From contig VBLT01000120.1 of the NCBI GenBank assembly GCA_005878615.1, positions 1-62,946 on the forward strand: 62,946 nucleotides of DNA, read 5' to 3'. How positions within the stretch are numbered: the stretch's first letter is position 1; each line of letters starts with the position of its first letter. The notes under the pieces were generated by a model. That model saw nothing but the letters and a program-made list of their open reading frames with translations, ran no database searches and was not told the DNA's origin. The position numbers and the translations under genes are program-made. Below, piece by piece: positions 37,881 through 47,564 of the stretch. The DNA is from Methanobacteriota archaeon. Lineage in GTDB: Archaea > Thermoplasmatota > Thermoplasmata > RBG-16-68-12.

Positions 37881-38344
37881 GGTTTGACTACCAGCGTCGA
37901 CTCGCCGCCTCGATCCTCAAGGTCGGGTTGAACCGGGTGTACATCAGCCCGGACCCGAAGGAGCAAGAGAACATCCTCGACGCGATTACGCGCGATGGGG
38001 TCCGCGCGCTCATCCGCCGGAATGTGATCCAGAAGAGGGCCGTGCGCGGCGTCTCCCGCGGGCGGGCCCGCCACCGAGCGGCCCAGCGGGCGAAAGGCCG
38101 ACGCCGGGGGCATGGCTCCCGAGAAGGCGCGCTCAACGCGCGCACGCCGCGGAAGACGCGGTGGATCGGCCTCATCCGCTCCATGCGACGGCATCTCCGC
38201 GAGCTGAAGGCGCAGGGCCGGATCGACGTGCGGACGTATCGCCGGTTCTACGCCCAATCGAAGGGCGGCATGTTCAAATCGAAGGCCCACCTGGACCAGC
38301 AGTTGCGGGCCGCGGGCGTCCTGCGAGAAGGGGTGGCGAAATGA
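37877..38344 (+). CDS. rpl19e: 50S ribosomal protein L19e
   Basis: QRRLAASILKVG, KGRRRGHGSREG. Confidence 0.96.
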   Translation: MRFDYQRRLAASILKVGLNRVYISPDPKEQENILDAITRDGVRALIRRNVIQKRAVRGVSRGRARHRAAQRAKGRRRGHGSREGALNARTPRKTRWIGLIRSMRRHLRELKAQGRIDVRTYRRFYAQSKGGMFKSKAHLDQQLRAAGVLREGVAK

Positions 38345-38841
38345 CACAGGGTCCTCACTATCGGGTGCCCTTCCGTCGTCGGCGGGAGGGCCGGACCGAT
38401 TACCGCGTACGATCGAAGCTCCTCCGGAGCGGGAAGCCTCGGGCGGTGGTCCGAAAGACCTTGCGGCAAACGATCGTGCAGTTGGTCGTCGCGGAGGACA
38501 CCGGAGACCGTGTGCTCGCGACCGCCCAGTCGCTCGAGCTCAAGGAGCATGGTTGGTCCGCGGGAACGGGGAATTTGCCCGCGGCCTATCTGACCGGCTA
38601 TCTCGCGGGCCGCCGGGCTTCCGCGCATGGCCTGAAGGAAGCGATCCTCGACATCGGCGGGCAGAGGCCCTCGCCCGGAGGCCGGCTATTTGCCGCCCTC
38701 CAGGGCCTCCTCGATTCCGGGGTCGCGGTCCCCCATAGCCCGGAGGTGTTGCCGGCGAAGGACCGCGTCCGCGGGACGCACATCAGGGCCGAATTGGGTG
38801 AGCTCTTCGACACTGTGAAGAAGAAACTGGAGGCTCCCTGA
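38341..38841 (+). CDS. rpl18: 50S ribosomal protein L18
   Basis: YRVPFRRRREGRTDY, GNLPAAYLTG. Confidence 0.96.
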   Translation: MTQGPHYRVPFRRRREGRTDYRVRSKLLRSGKPRAVVRKTLRQTIVQLVVAEDTGDRVLATAQSLELKEHGWSAGTGNLPAAYLTGYLAGRRASAHGLKEAILDIGGQRPSPGGRLFAALQGLLDSGVAVPHSPEVLPAKDRVRGTHIRAELGELFDTVKKKLEAP

Positions 38842-39689
38842 TGCCGCAGCGGAGGGGCGGCCGCCGCAGAGAAGCGCGGGCCGCCCGCCCGGAGCGGGAC
38901 CTCTCGGCCTGGGTGCCGAAGACGAAGCTGGGCCGCATCGTCCTCGCCGGGGAGATCACGAGTCTCGGGGACGCGATCAAGACCAGCCTGCCCATCCGAG
39001 AGCCCGAGATCGTTGACGTCCTCTTGCCGGAGACAGAGGACGAGGTCCTCGACGTGAACATGGTCCAGCGGATGACCGACTCCGGCCGCCGTGTGAACTT
39101 CGTCATCACGTGCATCGTCGGGAACAAGGATGGGTTCGCGGGCCTTGGCCGCGCGCGAGGCCGCGAGGTCGGACCTTCCATCCGAAGGGCGATCGATAAC
39201 GCGAAGTTGAACATGATCGAGATCAAGCGCGGCTGCGGCTCCTGGGAGTGCGGTTGTCAGCGCGCCCATTCGCTGCCGTTCCGCGTGACGGCCAGGAGCG
39301 GATCCGTCGTAGTGACGCTCAAGCCCGCACCGCAAGGCGTCGGCCTCGCGGTGGGGGACGTCGCCAAGAGCGTCCTCCGCCTCGCCGGCATCACCGACGC
39401 CTGGGGATTCACGAAAGGCCACACGAAGACCACGGTCAACTACGCGCTCGCCACCTTCGCGGCCCTCCGTCGCACCGCCGAACTCAAGGTCCGGGTCGAA
39501 CAGACCGAACGGTTGAAGATCAAGTCGGGAGCGGAGCAGGTGTTCATCCGCAAAGTCGCGGTGGCGCCCCCCGTCCCGGCGGTGGAAGGAGCGCCCCTCC
39601 CGGAGGAAGTCGAGGTCGAAGGCGAGGACCTCACAGAGGCGAAGGAGGGCGAGGACGTCGCGACCGAGGACACGGAGACTGAGAAATGA
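38841..39689 (+). CDS. rps5: 30S ribosomal protein S5
   Basis: WVPKTKLG, VQRMTDSGRR, RGCGSWEC; acidic C-terminal tail. Confidence 0.96.
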   Translation: MPQRRGGRRREARAARPERDLSAWVPKTKLGRIVLAGEITSLGDAIKTSLPIREPEIVDVLLPETEDEVLDVNMVQRMTDSGRRVNFVITCIVGNKDGFAGLGRARGREVGPSIRRAIDNAKLNMIEIKRGCGSWECGCQRAHSLPFRVTARSGSVVVTLKPAPQGVGLAVGDVAKSVLRLAGITDAWGFTKGHTKTTVNYALATFAALRRTAELKVRVEQTERLKIKSGAEQVFIRKVAVAPPVPAVEGAPLPEEVEVEGEDLTEAKEGEDVATEDTETEK

Positions 39690-40174
39690 GTTTCGCCGTC
39701 CTGCGTCTCCGGGGCAAGGGCGATCTTCGCCGCGAGGTGAAGGACACGCTCCGGCTCCTGCATCTCACACGGCAGAACCACTGCGCGATCGTGCCGCAGG
39801 ATCCCACCTACCGCGGGATGCTCCAGCTCGTCAAGGACTACGTGACCTGGGGAGAGGTCGATCCCGAGGTCCTCGCAAAACTCCTGCTGAAACGCGGCCG
39901 ACAGGTGGGAGACCGGCCGATCGACGACGCTTTCGTGAAGTCCCACAGCGAATACAAATCCATCTGGGATCTCAGTCAAGCCCTCGTGAAAGGAGAGGCA
40001 CGTGTCGCGGACGTCCGCGACTTGCGTCCGGTGATCCGACTGCCGCCCCCTCGGAAGGGCTACCGCGGGATCAAGCGCGGATACCACGACGGCGGGGACC
40101 TCGGGTACCGGGGAAAAGCGATCAACCCGCTCCTCGTGAGGATGGTCGTGGAGGAGACGACGGATGGTCAGTAG
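39686..40174 (+). CDS. rpl30: 50S ribosomal protein L30
   Basis: AVLRLRG, VKDYVTWGE, RLPPPRKG. Confidence 0.95.
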   Translation: MSFAVLRLRGKGDLRREVKDTLRLLHLTRQNHCAIVPQDPTYRGMLQLVKDYVTWGEVDPEVLAKLLLKRGRQVGDRPIDDAFVKSHSEYKSIWDLSQALVKGEARVADVRDLRPVIRLPPPRKGYRGIKRGYHDGGDLGYRGKAINPLLVRMVVEETTDGQ

Positions 40175-40601
40175 GACGCGCAAGCTTCGAGGGAGCCGCA
40201 CGCACGGCCGCGGCAAGAAGCATGGCCGAGGCGCGGGAGGCCGTGGCGGCACCGGGAACGCGGGGCTCCACAAACACAAGTTCAAGTCGATGATCAAGTA
40301 CGATCCGGAACACTTCGGTCGACACGGCTTCACCCGCCACGCTCAGATGCACCCCGTCACGGCGATCGACCTCGAGGACCTCGCTCGTCGGCTTGCCGAG
40401 TTCGAGGCCGCCGGGCACGCGACCAAGGACAACTCTCGAATCCACGTCGACCTGACCGCGGCCGGAATCGACAAACTATTAGGGTCGGGCCGGGTAGCCG
40501 TGGCAATGCGCATCACGGTGGCGAAGGCCTCCGAGGCCGCCCTCGCGAAAGTCGCAGACGCCGGCGGGGAGGTCGTGCTCCCGGCCGCCGCCGGGAAGTG
40601 A
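40164..40601 (+). CDS. rpl15: 50S ribosomal protein L15
   Basis: RGSRTHGRG..GRGAGGRGG.GNAG.HKH, KLLGSG. Confidence 0.95.
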   Translation: MVSRTRKLRGSRTHGRGKKHGRGAGGRGGTGNAGLHKHKFKSMIKYDPEHFGRHGFTRHAQMHPVTAIDLEDLARRLAEFEAAGHATKDNSRIHVDLTAAGIDKLLGSGRVAVAMRITVAKASEAALAKVADAGGEVVLPAAAGK

Positions 40602-40604
40602 GCG

Positions 40605-42209
40605 ATGCCCCTCGAGGAACAGAAGAAAAGTCGCCTCTACGCGCTCAAGCCGTTGACGGATCGACTGCCCGCGGTGAGCCGGCCCGAGGGCCACGTGCAG
40701 TTCCGCACGAAGATGTTCTGGGTCCTGGCCATCCTCGTCCTGTACTTCGCCATGACGAACGTCTTCATCTACGGCCTCGACCGGACGAACGTCATCGACT
40801 TCTTCTCGAGCCTCCGCGCGATCCTGGCCGGTGCCCAAGGCTCGCTGATGCACCTCGGCATCGGGCCGATCGTCACGGCCTCGATCATCATGCAGCTCTT
40901 CGCGGGCGCGAAGATCATCAACCTCAACCTCCAGGACGACGAGGACAAGAGCGTCTACCAGGGCACGCAGAAGTTCCTCGTCATCGTCATGATCTTCGTC
41001 GAGGCTGTCCCGCAGGTGTTCGGGTTCCTGACGCCCGCGAGCGGGTTCGTGAGCTCGCTGAACGGATCCCTGTTCTTCGGCCTCATCGCCGGGGGACACG
41101 GGGACCTGCTCGCGAAGATCCTGATCATCCTCCAACTGTTCGGCGGCTCCTACCTCGTGTTCCTGATGGACGAGGTCGTCTCCAAGTGGGGGATCGGGTC
41201 GGGCATCTCCCTGTTCATCGCGGGCGGCGTGGCGCAGCAGATCTTCACCGGCACGTTCAACTGGGAACCGTCCCGGGCGGGGAGCGTCGTCCCGGCGGGC
41301 GCGATCCCGAAGACGATCTACTACCTGCAACACCTGCCCGCGAGCTCCCTGGCCCAGGGCGGGATCGAGCAGATCATGGTTCAACCGCCGAACCCGCTGA
41401 TCGCGTTGATCGGGACGATCGTGATTTTCTTCATCGTGGCCTACGTCGAATCGACGCGAATCGAGCTTCCCCTCGCCCACGGTCAGGCCCGCGGCGCCCG
41501 CGGTCGCTATCCGATCCGCCTGATGTACGCGTCGAACATCCCGGTCATCCTCGTCGCGGCGGTCCTCGCGAACGTCAGCATGTTTTCCCTCCTATTCTGG
41601 CAACATCCGGAATGGCCGATCCTCGGCCACGCGAGTTGGATCGGCGCGTATCCGGACGCGACCGACCCGCGGGTGGTCTCGGGACAGATCCAGAGGACGA
41701 CACCCATCGGAGGACTCGCATATTACTTCTCGAACGTGAACGGGGTGCAGGACTGGCTCCTCCCCCTGTTCAATCCGACCTCGTACGGGGTCTACCTGCG
41801 GGGCCTGGAGTACTGGCAGGTGTTCGTGCATATCCTCGTGTTCCTGCTCGTCTTCATCGGCGGTTCCGTCATGTTCGCGAAATTTTGGATCATGACGACG
41901 AACATGGGCCCCGAAGACGTGGCGCGACAGATCGAGTCGAGCGGCATGCAAATCCCCGGGTTCCGGCGGGATCCGCGGATCCTGCGGCGCGTGCTCGACC
42001 GATACATCCCGGTCGTGGCGGTGATTTCTGGAGCCTCGGTGGGCGCCCTCGCGGCGGGCGCCGACATGATTGGGACGGTGGGGAACGCCTCCGGCACCGG
42101 CGTCCTGCTTTCGGTCGGCATCATGATACAGATGTACGAAGCGATCGGCCGGGAGCAGATGATGGAGATGCATCCGCTCCTTCGACAGTTCTTCGGCGCC
42201 AACGAATGA
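40605..42209 (+). CDS. secY: Preprotein translocase SecY
   Basis: LGIGPIVTASII.QL, SKWGIGSGISLFI, YASNIPVIL, IPGFRRD, GTGVLL. Confidence 0.97.
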   Translation: MPLEEQKKSRLYALKPLTDRLPAVSRPEGHVQFRTKMFWVLAILVLYFAMTNVFIYGLDRTNVIDFFSSLRAILAGAQGSLMHLGIGPIVTASIIMQLFAGAKIINLNLQDDEDKSVYQGTQKFLVIVMIFVEAVPQVFGFLTPASGFVSSLNGSLFFGLIAGGHGDLLAKILIILQLFGGSYLVFLMDEVVSKWGIGSGISLFIAGGVAQQIFTGTFNWEPSRAGSVVPAGAIPKTIYYLQHLPASSLAQGGIEQIMVQPPNPLIALIGTIVIFFIVAYVESTRIELPLAHGQARGARGRYPIRLMYASNIPVILVAAVLANVSMFSLLFWQHPEWPILGHASWIGAYPDATDPRVVSGQIQRTTPIGGLAYYFSNVNGVQDWLLPLFNPTSYGVYLRGLEYWQVFVHILVFLLVFIGGSVMFAKFWIMTTNMGPEDVARQIESSGMQIPGFRRDPRILRRVLDRYIPVVAVISGASVGALAAGADMIGTVGNASGTGVLLSVGIMIQMYEAIGREQMMEMHPLLRQFFGANE

Positions 42210-42216
42210 CGATCGC

Positions 42217-42798
42217 CTAGGTGAGGCCCGGCGGCGGCCTCGCTTCCGGCAAGGGAGCCGCATGCGCGGTTGCCACGGAGGGACGGCTGCGCCATCGGAC
42301 CCAGCGTTGGACGCCCCACGATCCGATTGAAAGCCCCACGCCGAGCATCGCTAGTCCCGAGCCGAACGTGGTCGGGTTGATCCCGCTCAGGTGCACGGTG
42401 AGCCGGACGACCTGCGCGGTCTGCTCATACGAGGTCCCGTGGTCCGCGACCAGGAAATACCGCCCCGTTCCGGGGAGCGATACGTCGATCGTGCCGCCCC
42501 GCGAACTCCCGAGGGACCACAAGCTCCCGAAGTTCGCCCCGGTGCGGTAGTAATCGTACTGCTCCTGCGTCATGACGAAGAGATCCAGCGAACCGCCGGA
42601 GATTTCCTGGTAATCTCCCCGAAGACTGCCGGATCCGAGGATGTTGACCTCGTAGTACATGTAGTACCGGAAGCCGGCGGGGATGGACGTCGTCGAAGAC
42701 GAGGAAGAACCGAGGGACGAGAAGACGAGCGAGACCCCGGTGAGGGCGAGGACGCCGCCGACGATCAACAGTATTCGGAAGACTCTCACAAAAGCCAT
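42217..42798 (-). CDS. Membrane-anchored hypothetical protein with beta-rich ectodomain
   Basis: N- and C-terminal TM helices; LDLFVMT..QY..Y and G.YFLV.D motifs. Confidence 0.65.
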   Translation of the reverse strand: MAFVRVFRILLIVGGVLALTGVSLVFSSLGSSSSSTTSIPAGFRYYMYYEVNILGSGSLRGDYQEISGGSLDLFVMTQEQYDYYRTGANFGSLWSLGSSRGGTIDVSLPGTGRYFLVADHGTSYEQTAQVVRLTVHLSGINPTTFGSGLAMLGVGLSIGSWGVQRWVRWRSRPSVATAHAAPLPEARPPPGLT

Positions 42799-42942
42799 GT
42801 CGTTTTAGACCAGGCTCGCCCCTCGAGCGTACGCCGACCCGTCGCTCGCGGTCTCCCCCACGGCCGAACCCCTCACAGAGGGAATCGGGCGGAAGGGCCT
42901 TAACGCTTTGCGCCGGTCACAATCCTGAGAACACGACCGCGG

Positions 42943-43467
42943 CTACTTCGACGGCGTTCGGAGGGTCAGCTCCTCCGACTGGCTGTCGTACCGCAGCAGC
43001 TCGACGTAGCGGCCCCAGTAGACCATGGCCTTGAACAGATCCGCGGCCCGATGGCTTCCGACGTGCGCCGAGAGCGCCTCGATGATCTCCTTCCGGGTCA
43101 GGGGCCGGCCCGCCTTTCGCGCCATGTCCGTGATCATCCGGAAATCGGGGATGTCGTCGATGATCTCCCGCAGGATCGCCTTTCGCTCGCGGACGTTCGC
43201 GCTCAGGAGCTTGCGGCTCAGGTCGGTCATCCGCACGTCGCCTTCGTGGACGGTCATGAGGCCGAGGAACTCGGCGGCATCGAGGATGGGTCCCAGACGG
43301 TCCACGTCCATCTCGACTTCCTGGGAGATCGTCGCGACGTCGGCCACGCCCCCGACCTCATCGATCGCCTCGACCAAGCCGAGGATCTGGCCTACGGACA
43401 CCTTGGCGAAGGGATGAAAGTCGGTCAGCATGCCCGGTCGCCCATCGTCATTGCCGCTATTAGACAC
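42943..43467 (-). CDS. Stand-alone AAA-associated C-terminal domain (NitT/TauT type)
   Basis: GQILGLVE...L.PILDAAEFLG...WGRYVELLRYD; GGAGGAGG SD before GTG43467. Confidence 0.8.
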   Translation of the reverse strand: MSNSGNDDGRPGMLTDFHPFAKVSVGQILGLVEAIDEVGGVADVATISQEVEMDVDRLGPILDAAEFLGLMTVHEGDVRMTDLSRKLLSANVRERKAILREIIDDIPDFRMITDMARKAGRPLTRKEIIEALSAHVGSHRAADLFKAMVYWGRYVELLRYDSQSEELTLRTPSK

Positions 43468-43481
43468 TTGACCTCCTCCAA

Positions 43482-44240
43482 TCACACGATGAGCGAGTAG
43501 ATTTCGTCGACCCAGCCGTAGAATTCCGGCTCCTTCCGATTCCGGGGTCGCGGCAGGTCGATTTCCAGCTCGGCGATCATGCGGCCCGGTCGACTCGAGA
43601 GGACGATCACGCGGTCCGCCATGTAGACGGCTTCTTCGATCGCATGGGTCACCATCAGGACCGCCTTCGGGGGGAGGTCCGGATTCGTCCACAACTGCAG
43701 GATTTCGTCACGCAGGTTCTGGGCGGTGAGCGGGTCGAGGGACGAGAAAGGCTCGTCCATGCACAGCAGCAGCGGCTCGATCGCGAGGGCCCGCGCGATG
43801 CCGACCCGCTGCTTCATGCCGCCGCTGAGCTCGCGCGGGAAGGCGTCCTCGAACCCGGTCAGGCCGACCGCGTCGATGAACTTCCGGGCGATCTTCCGTC
43901 GTTCCTCCAGAGGCGTCCCCTTGGCCTCGAGGCCGAGCTCGACGTTCTGCTCGACGCTCAACCAGGGGAACAAGGCGAAGGACTGGAACACCATCGCGAC
44001 CTGCGGGTTGTCCGCCCGGATCGGCTCACCCTCGAAGAGGACCTCGCCTGCGGTCGGCTTCTCGAGGCCCACGATGATCCGCAGCAAAGTCGACTTGCCA
44101 CTGCCGGAGGGCCCGACGACGCAGACGAAGTCGCGTTCCGAAAGGTCGAATCGGACCAGGTCGAGGACCTTGAACTCCTTGCCGTTCTCGAAGAACGACT
44201 TCGCGACGTCCTTGACTTGCAACAGCGGGCGGTCGACCAG
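43482..44240 (-). CDS. NitT/TauT-family ABC transporter ATP-binding protein (probable CTG start; TTG44222 alternative)
   Basis: GPSGSGKS, FQSFALFPW, LSGGMKQR, MDEPFSSLD. Confidence 0.93.
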   Translation of the reverse strand: MVDRPLLQVKDVAKSFFENGKEFKVLDLVRFDLSERDFVCVVGPSGSGKSTLLRIIVGLEKPTAGEVLFEGEPIRADNPQVAMVFQSFALFPWLSVEQNVELGLEAKGTPLEERRKIARKFIDAVGLTGFEDAFPRELSGGMKQRVGIARALAIEPLLLCMDEPFSSLDPLTAQNLRDEILQLWTNPDLPPKAVLMVTHAIEEAVYMADRVIVLSSRPGRMIAELEIDLPRPRNRKEPEFYGWVDEIYSLIV

Positions 44241-44243
44241 GCT

Positions 44244-45947
44244 TCACACCTCGAGTCGGAAGCGGGTGCTCGCCCGGCGAAACAGGGGGCGCCACAGGAG
44301 CTTGTTCATCGCCAGGACGACGACGATCATCGTCAGGATTGTCAGGAGCAGCATCTCGTTGTCCGGCGTCGGATAGACCGCGTGGTTCAGGAGGGACCCG
44401 AGGCCCGGGACCTCGTAGAACTGGTGGGCGTACTGGATGTACTCCGACACGATGAGCGCGTTCCATCCGGCCCCCCAGGCCGTGATGCTCCCCGTGAGGA
44501 GGGACGGCGCGATCGCGGGCAGCAACAGCCGCTTCCAATAGGCCCGGCCGCGGAGGCCGAACGATCGGGCTGCCTCCTTCAGGTCGTCCGGGATGCTGCG
44601 GACCCCGGCGATGAGGTTGAACAGGAGGTACCACTGCATGCTGAAGAGGGCGATCAGGATCGCCGCGAGCTGGCCCGCGGCCCCGACCGACGGCGCGATG
44701 AGGAGCGCGAAGCCGACGATGACGGGAAGCAGCGCGGTCGCCGGGAGGGATGCGAACAGTTCGAGGGCCGGCGTCAGGTATCGAGCAGCCTTCTCGCTTT
44801 CGCCGAGCATCGCGGCGACGGGGATCGTCCACACCAACGCGATCGCATAGGCGACCAAGAGCCTCGAGAACGAGAGCACGGCGGCGCTCGGGAGGACGGA
44901 TGCGTTCGGCGGGAGCGGCCGGAGGAACATCTGCACCAATCCGACCAATCCCGTCGCGACCACGACGACGAAGACGATGGCGAACAACGCGAGGTCCACC
45001 CGCCGGATCTCGCGGAGCGCCTTCGGGTGTCGCGAGTAGGCGCGCTCGAAGCGCATGGAGAGGCGATGGTATCGCTCCACGGCCGGCTGCACGCGGGCGA
45101 TGATGCGCTTGCGGACCTTCGGCAGCCGCGGGAGCCAACGGAACCGCTCGTAGGGACTCGGGACCCGCGGGATCTCGCGGCCCGGGGCCGTCTCCATCCG
45201 AAAGCGCTCGGACCACGCTCCCAGGGGCCGCCACACGAAGATGTCGAGGGTCAGCACGACTGCCGCAAGCACCCCGATTCCGATCGCGATCGACGGGACG
45301 TCGCCGTTCCGGCCCGCGACCGCGATGAACGCTCCGAGGCCCGGCCGCTGGAACTCCGTCCCGCCCGCGGAGAAGATCTCGCTCGCGACGAGAAAGAACC
45401 AACCGTTCGTCCACGAGAGGATGGAGTTGTAGACGAGCTTCGGGATCGCCGCCGGGAATGCGAGGTACCGGAATCGGAGCCAGCCCCTCAGGCCGAAGCT
45501 CGCGGCGGCCGCCTCGAGGTCCGCCGGGATCGTGGTCAGGGATTCGTACACGCCGAACGCCATGTTCCACGCCATGCTCGTGAAGATCAGGAACACGACC
45601 GCGAACTCGATTCCGATCGGATGGCCGTGGAAGGTCGCGACGAAGAAGATCAAGGCCGCGGGGAAGAAACCCAGGATCGGAATGGACTGGAGCACATCGA
45701 GGAGCGGGAGCAGCGCCGCCGAGGCGCGTTTGTTCGTCGCCGCCGTGTGACCGTAGGCGATGGCGAAGACCAGGGCGAACAGGTAGGCGATCACCATCCG
45801 CGTCGTGGAAAAGAACGCGAACAACGGGAGTTGAATCGCGTTCCAGGCCGCCTGGGGGAAGGCGATCGCCGTGACGATGCCGGCAAGAATCAGGACGACG
45901 GCGACGAGGCGGAGCCACCGCCGCAGGCCGCGCACAATCGCCCGCAA
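44244..45947 (-). CDS. NitT/TauT-family ABC transporter permease (duplicated TMD)
   Basis: LDVLQSIPILGF, two EAA loops, W..LV.SE repeated in both halves. Confidence 0.9.
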   Translation of the reverse strand: MRAIVRGLRRWLRLVAVVLILAGIVTAIAFPQAAWNAIQLPLFAFFSTTRMVIAYLFALVFAIAYGHTAATNKRASAALLPLLDVLQSIPILGFFPAALIFFVATFHGHPIGIEFAVVFLIFTSMAWNMAFGVYESLTTIPADLEAAAASFGLRGWLRFRYLAFPAAIPKLVYNSILSWTNGWFFLVASEIFSAGGTEFQRPGLGAFIAVAGRNGDVPSIAIGIGVLAAVVLTLDIFVWRPLGAWSERFRMETAPGREIPRVPSPYERFRWLPRLPKVRKRIIARVQPAVERYHRLSMRFERAYSRHPKALREIRRVDLALFAIVFVVVVATGLVGLVQMFLRPLPPNASVLPSAAVLSFSRLLVAYAIALVWTIPVAAMLGESEKAARYLTPALELFASLPATALLPVIVGFALLIAPSVGAAGQLAAILIALFSMQWYLLFNLIAGVRSIPDDLKEAARSFGLRGRAYWKRLLLPAIAPSLLTGSITAWGAGWNALIVSEYIQYAHQFYEVPGLGSLLNHAVYPTPDNEMLLLTILTMIVVVLAMNKLLWRPLFRRASTRFRLEV

Positions 45948-45982
45948 AGGGCGGACCCTATTTACGGGTTCTCGCGAGGCCC

Positions 45983-46912
45983 TCAGACGCCCGCGAGGAA
46001 TCGGGCGAGGATCGCTTTCTGCGCATGGAGTCGATTCTCCGCTTGGTCAAAGACGATCGATTGCGGACCATCGATCACGTCGTCCGTGATCTCGAGGCCC
46101 CGATGCGCGGGCAGACAATGCATCACCAGGGCGTCCGGCTTCGCGCGATCGAGGAGCTTCGCGTTCACCTGGTACGGGCGGAACAGTTTTTCGCGCTCCT
46201 CCTTCTCCCGCTCCTGCCCCATCGAAACCCACACGTCGGTATAGACGATGTCGGCCCCGCGGGCAGCGGACATCGGGTCCGACACGACGTCGATGCTGGA
46301 ACCGTTCTGCTTCCCGAGATGGCGCGCCTCTTCGAGCAGGTCCGAATCGGGCTCGTAGTCCGCCGGACATCCGGCGGTCATGTCCATCCCGACGATCGCG
46401 CACCCGAGGAGGAGCGAATTGCAGACGTTGTTGCCATCCCCGACATACGCGAGCTTGAGGCCGGAGAGTTTCCCCTTCCGCTCCTGGATCGTGAAGAGGT
46501 CGGAGATGATCTGGCAAGGGTGCTCTCGATCATCCAGGCCGTTGATGACCGGGACCGTCGCGTGGTTCGCGAGTTCTCGGACGTGCTCATTTTTGAAGGC
46601 GCGGTACATGATGCCGTCGACGTAGCGGCTCAAGACCCGCGCGGTGTCCGCGATCGTCTCGCCGCGGCCGATTTGCATGTCGTTCGGGCTGAGGAACAGC
46701 GCGTGGCCTCCGAGCTGGGTCATGCCGACCTCGAACGACACGCGGGTCCGGGTGGAGGCCTTCTCGAAGATCATCGCCAGGCTTCGGCCTCGCAGCGGCT
46801 CGTATGGCTCGCCCGCCTTGGTCCGGTTCTTGATGCTGCCGGCCAGTTCGAGGAGGCCGACCAGGTCCTCCCGCACGTCGCGCATCGAGAGGAGGTCTCG
46901 TTTGCCCGCCAT
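45983..46912 (-). CDS. argF: Ornithine carbamoyltransferase
   Basis: STRTRVSFE, HPCQ, YTDVWVSMG, HCLPAHRG, QAENRLH. Confidence 0.96.
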   Translation of the reverse strand: MAGKRDLLSMRDVREDLVGLLELAGSIKNRTKAGEPYEPLRGRSLAMIFEKASTRTRVSFEVGMTQLGGHALFLSPNDMQIGRGETIADTARVLSRYVDGIMYRAFKNEHVRELANHATVPVINGLDDREHPCQIISDLFTIQERKGKLSGLKLAYVGDGNNVCNSLLLGCAIVGMDMTAGCPADYEPDSDLLEEARHLGKQNGSSIDVVSDPMSAARGADIVYTDVWVSMGQEREKEEREKLFRPYQVNAKLLDRAKPDALVMHCLPAHRGLEITDDVIDGPQSIVFDQAENRLHAQKAILARFLAGV

Positions 46913-47009
46913 CGGAATGGGCCCATCCGGCGGAGCGTACTAAATGCTTGTGCACCCGAGTGCGTTCCTCGGCGGAGCCATCAAATAACGACGGGCCGGA
47001 TGCCGGTTC

Positions 47010-47273
47010 GTGGAACCGCCAAATCGGACGGCACCGTCCGAACGCCGTCGCGCAGCCGAGGCGGCTCTTCGCCGACGTCGCGGGTTGAGCGTCTCGATTG
47101 GCGCCATCGGCCTCGTCATCCTCTTCGCCGGAGCGATTGCAAGCCTCCTCTTTCCTCCCGCTTCGTATCTGCCGTTCATCGTCCTCGAGCTCGCTGGCGT
47201 CGCATTGATCGTCGTCTCGTTTGTCCGGCTGCGGCGGTTCGGATTGCCCCTGGCTCGACCGCCCGCAAAGTGA
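47010..47273 (+). CDS. Small two-TM membrane protein
   Basis: Two hydrophobic segments after a basic N-terminus. Confidence 0.55.
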   Translation: MEPPNRTAPSERRRAAEAALRRRRGLSVSIGAIGLVILFAGAIASLLFPPASYLPFIVLELAGVALIVVSFVRLRRFGLPLARPPAK

Positions 47274-47342
47274 ACGATCGGATTCCGCCGACGCGATCCC
47301 GTCGCCAAAACCTATATCCTCCCCACCTCTACCGCGAACCGC

Positions 47343-47418
47343 GGCCGGGATGGGCTAGCTTGGTTGATGCTAGGGGACTGTGGATCCCTTGACGCGAGTT
47401 CAAATCTCGCTCCCGGCC
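47343..47418 (+). tRNA. tRNA-His (GUG) with encoded G-1 pairing C73; CCA not fully encoded
   Basis: GCCGGGA/TCCCGGC acceptor stem, GGGGA-CTGTGGA-TCCCT anticodon arm, GCGAG-TTCAAAT-CTCGC T arm. Confidence 0.96.
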
Positions 47419-47564
47419 CTTCCGCAAAGGCCGTGGGGCCGCGCATCGCCCACCGAGGCATCCGGCGACGCATCTTCTTATATTGGCTGTCGGATGGGCA
47501 GGTCGCTGCTTCGCGGCGATGAAGAAGCCGCGCGGGAGCCCGGGTCCCCAGGAGCGGGGCTGCG

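Noticed and set aside
42209..42240. No adk after secY and no aIF1 gene after rpl29
   Set aside because: Gene order at these positions varies among archaea; absence cannot be judged from one window
47343..47460. tRNA-His as an integration site
   Set aside because: No integrase adjacent and no duplicated tRNA 3' end seen in the window
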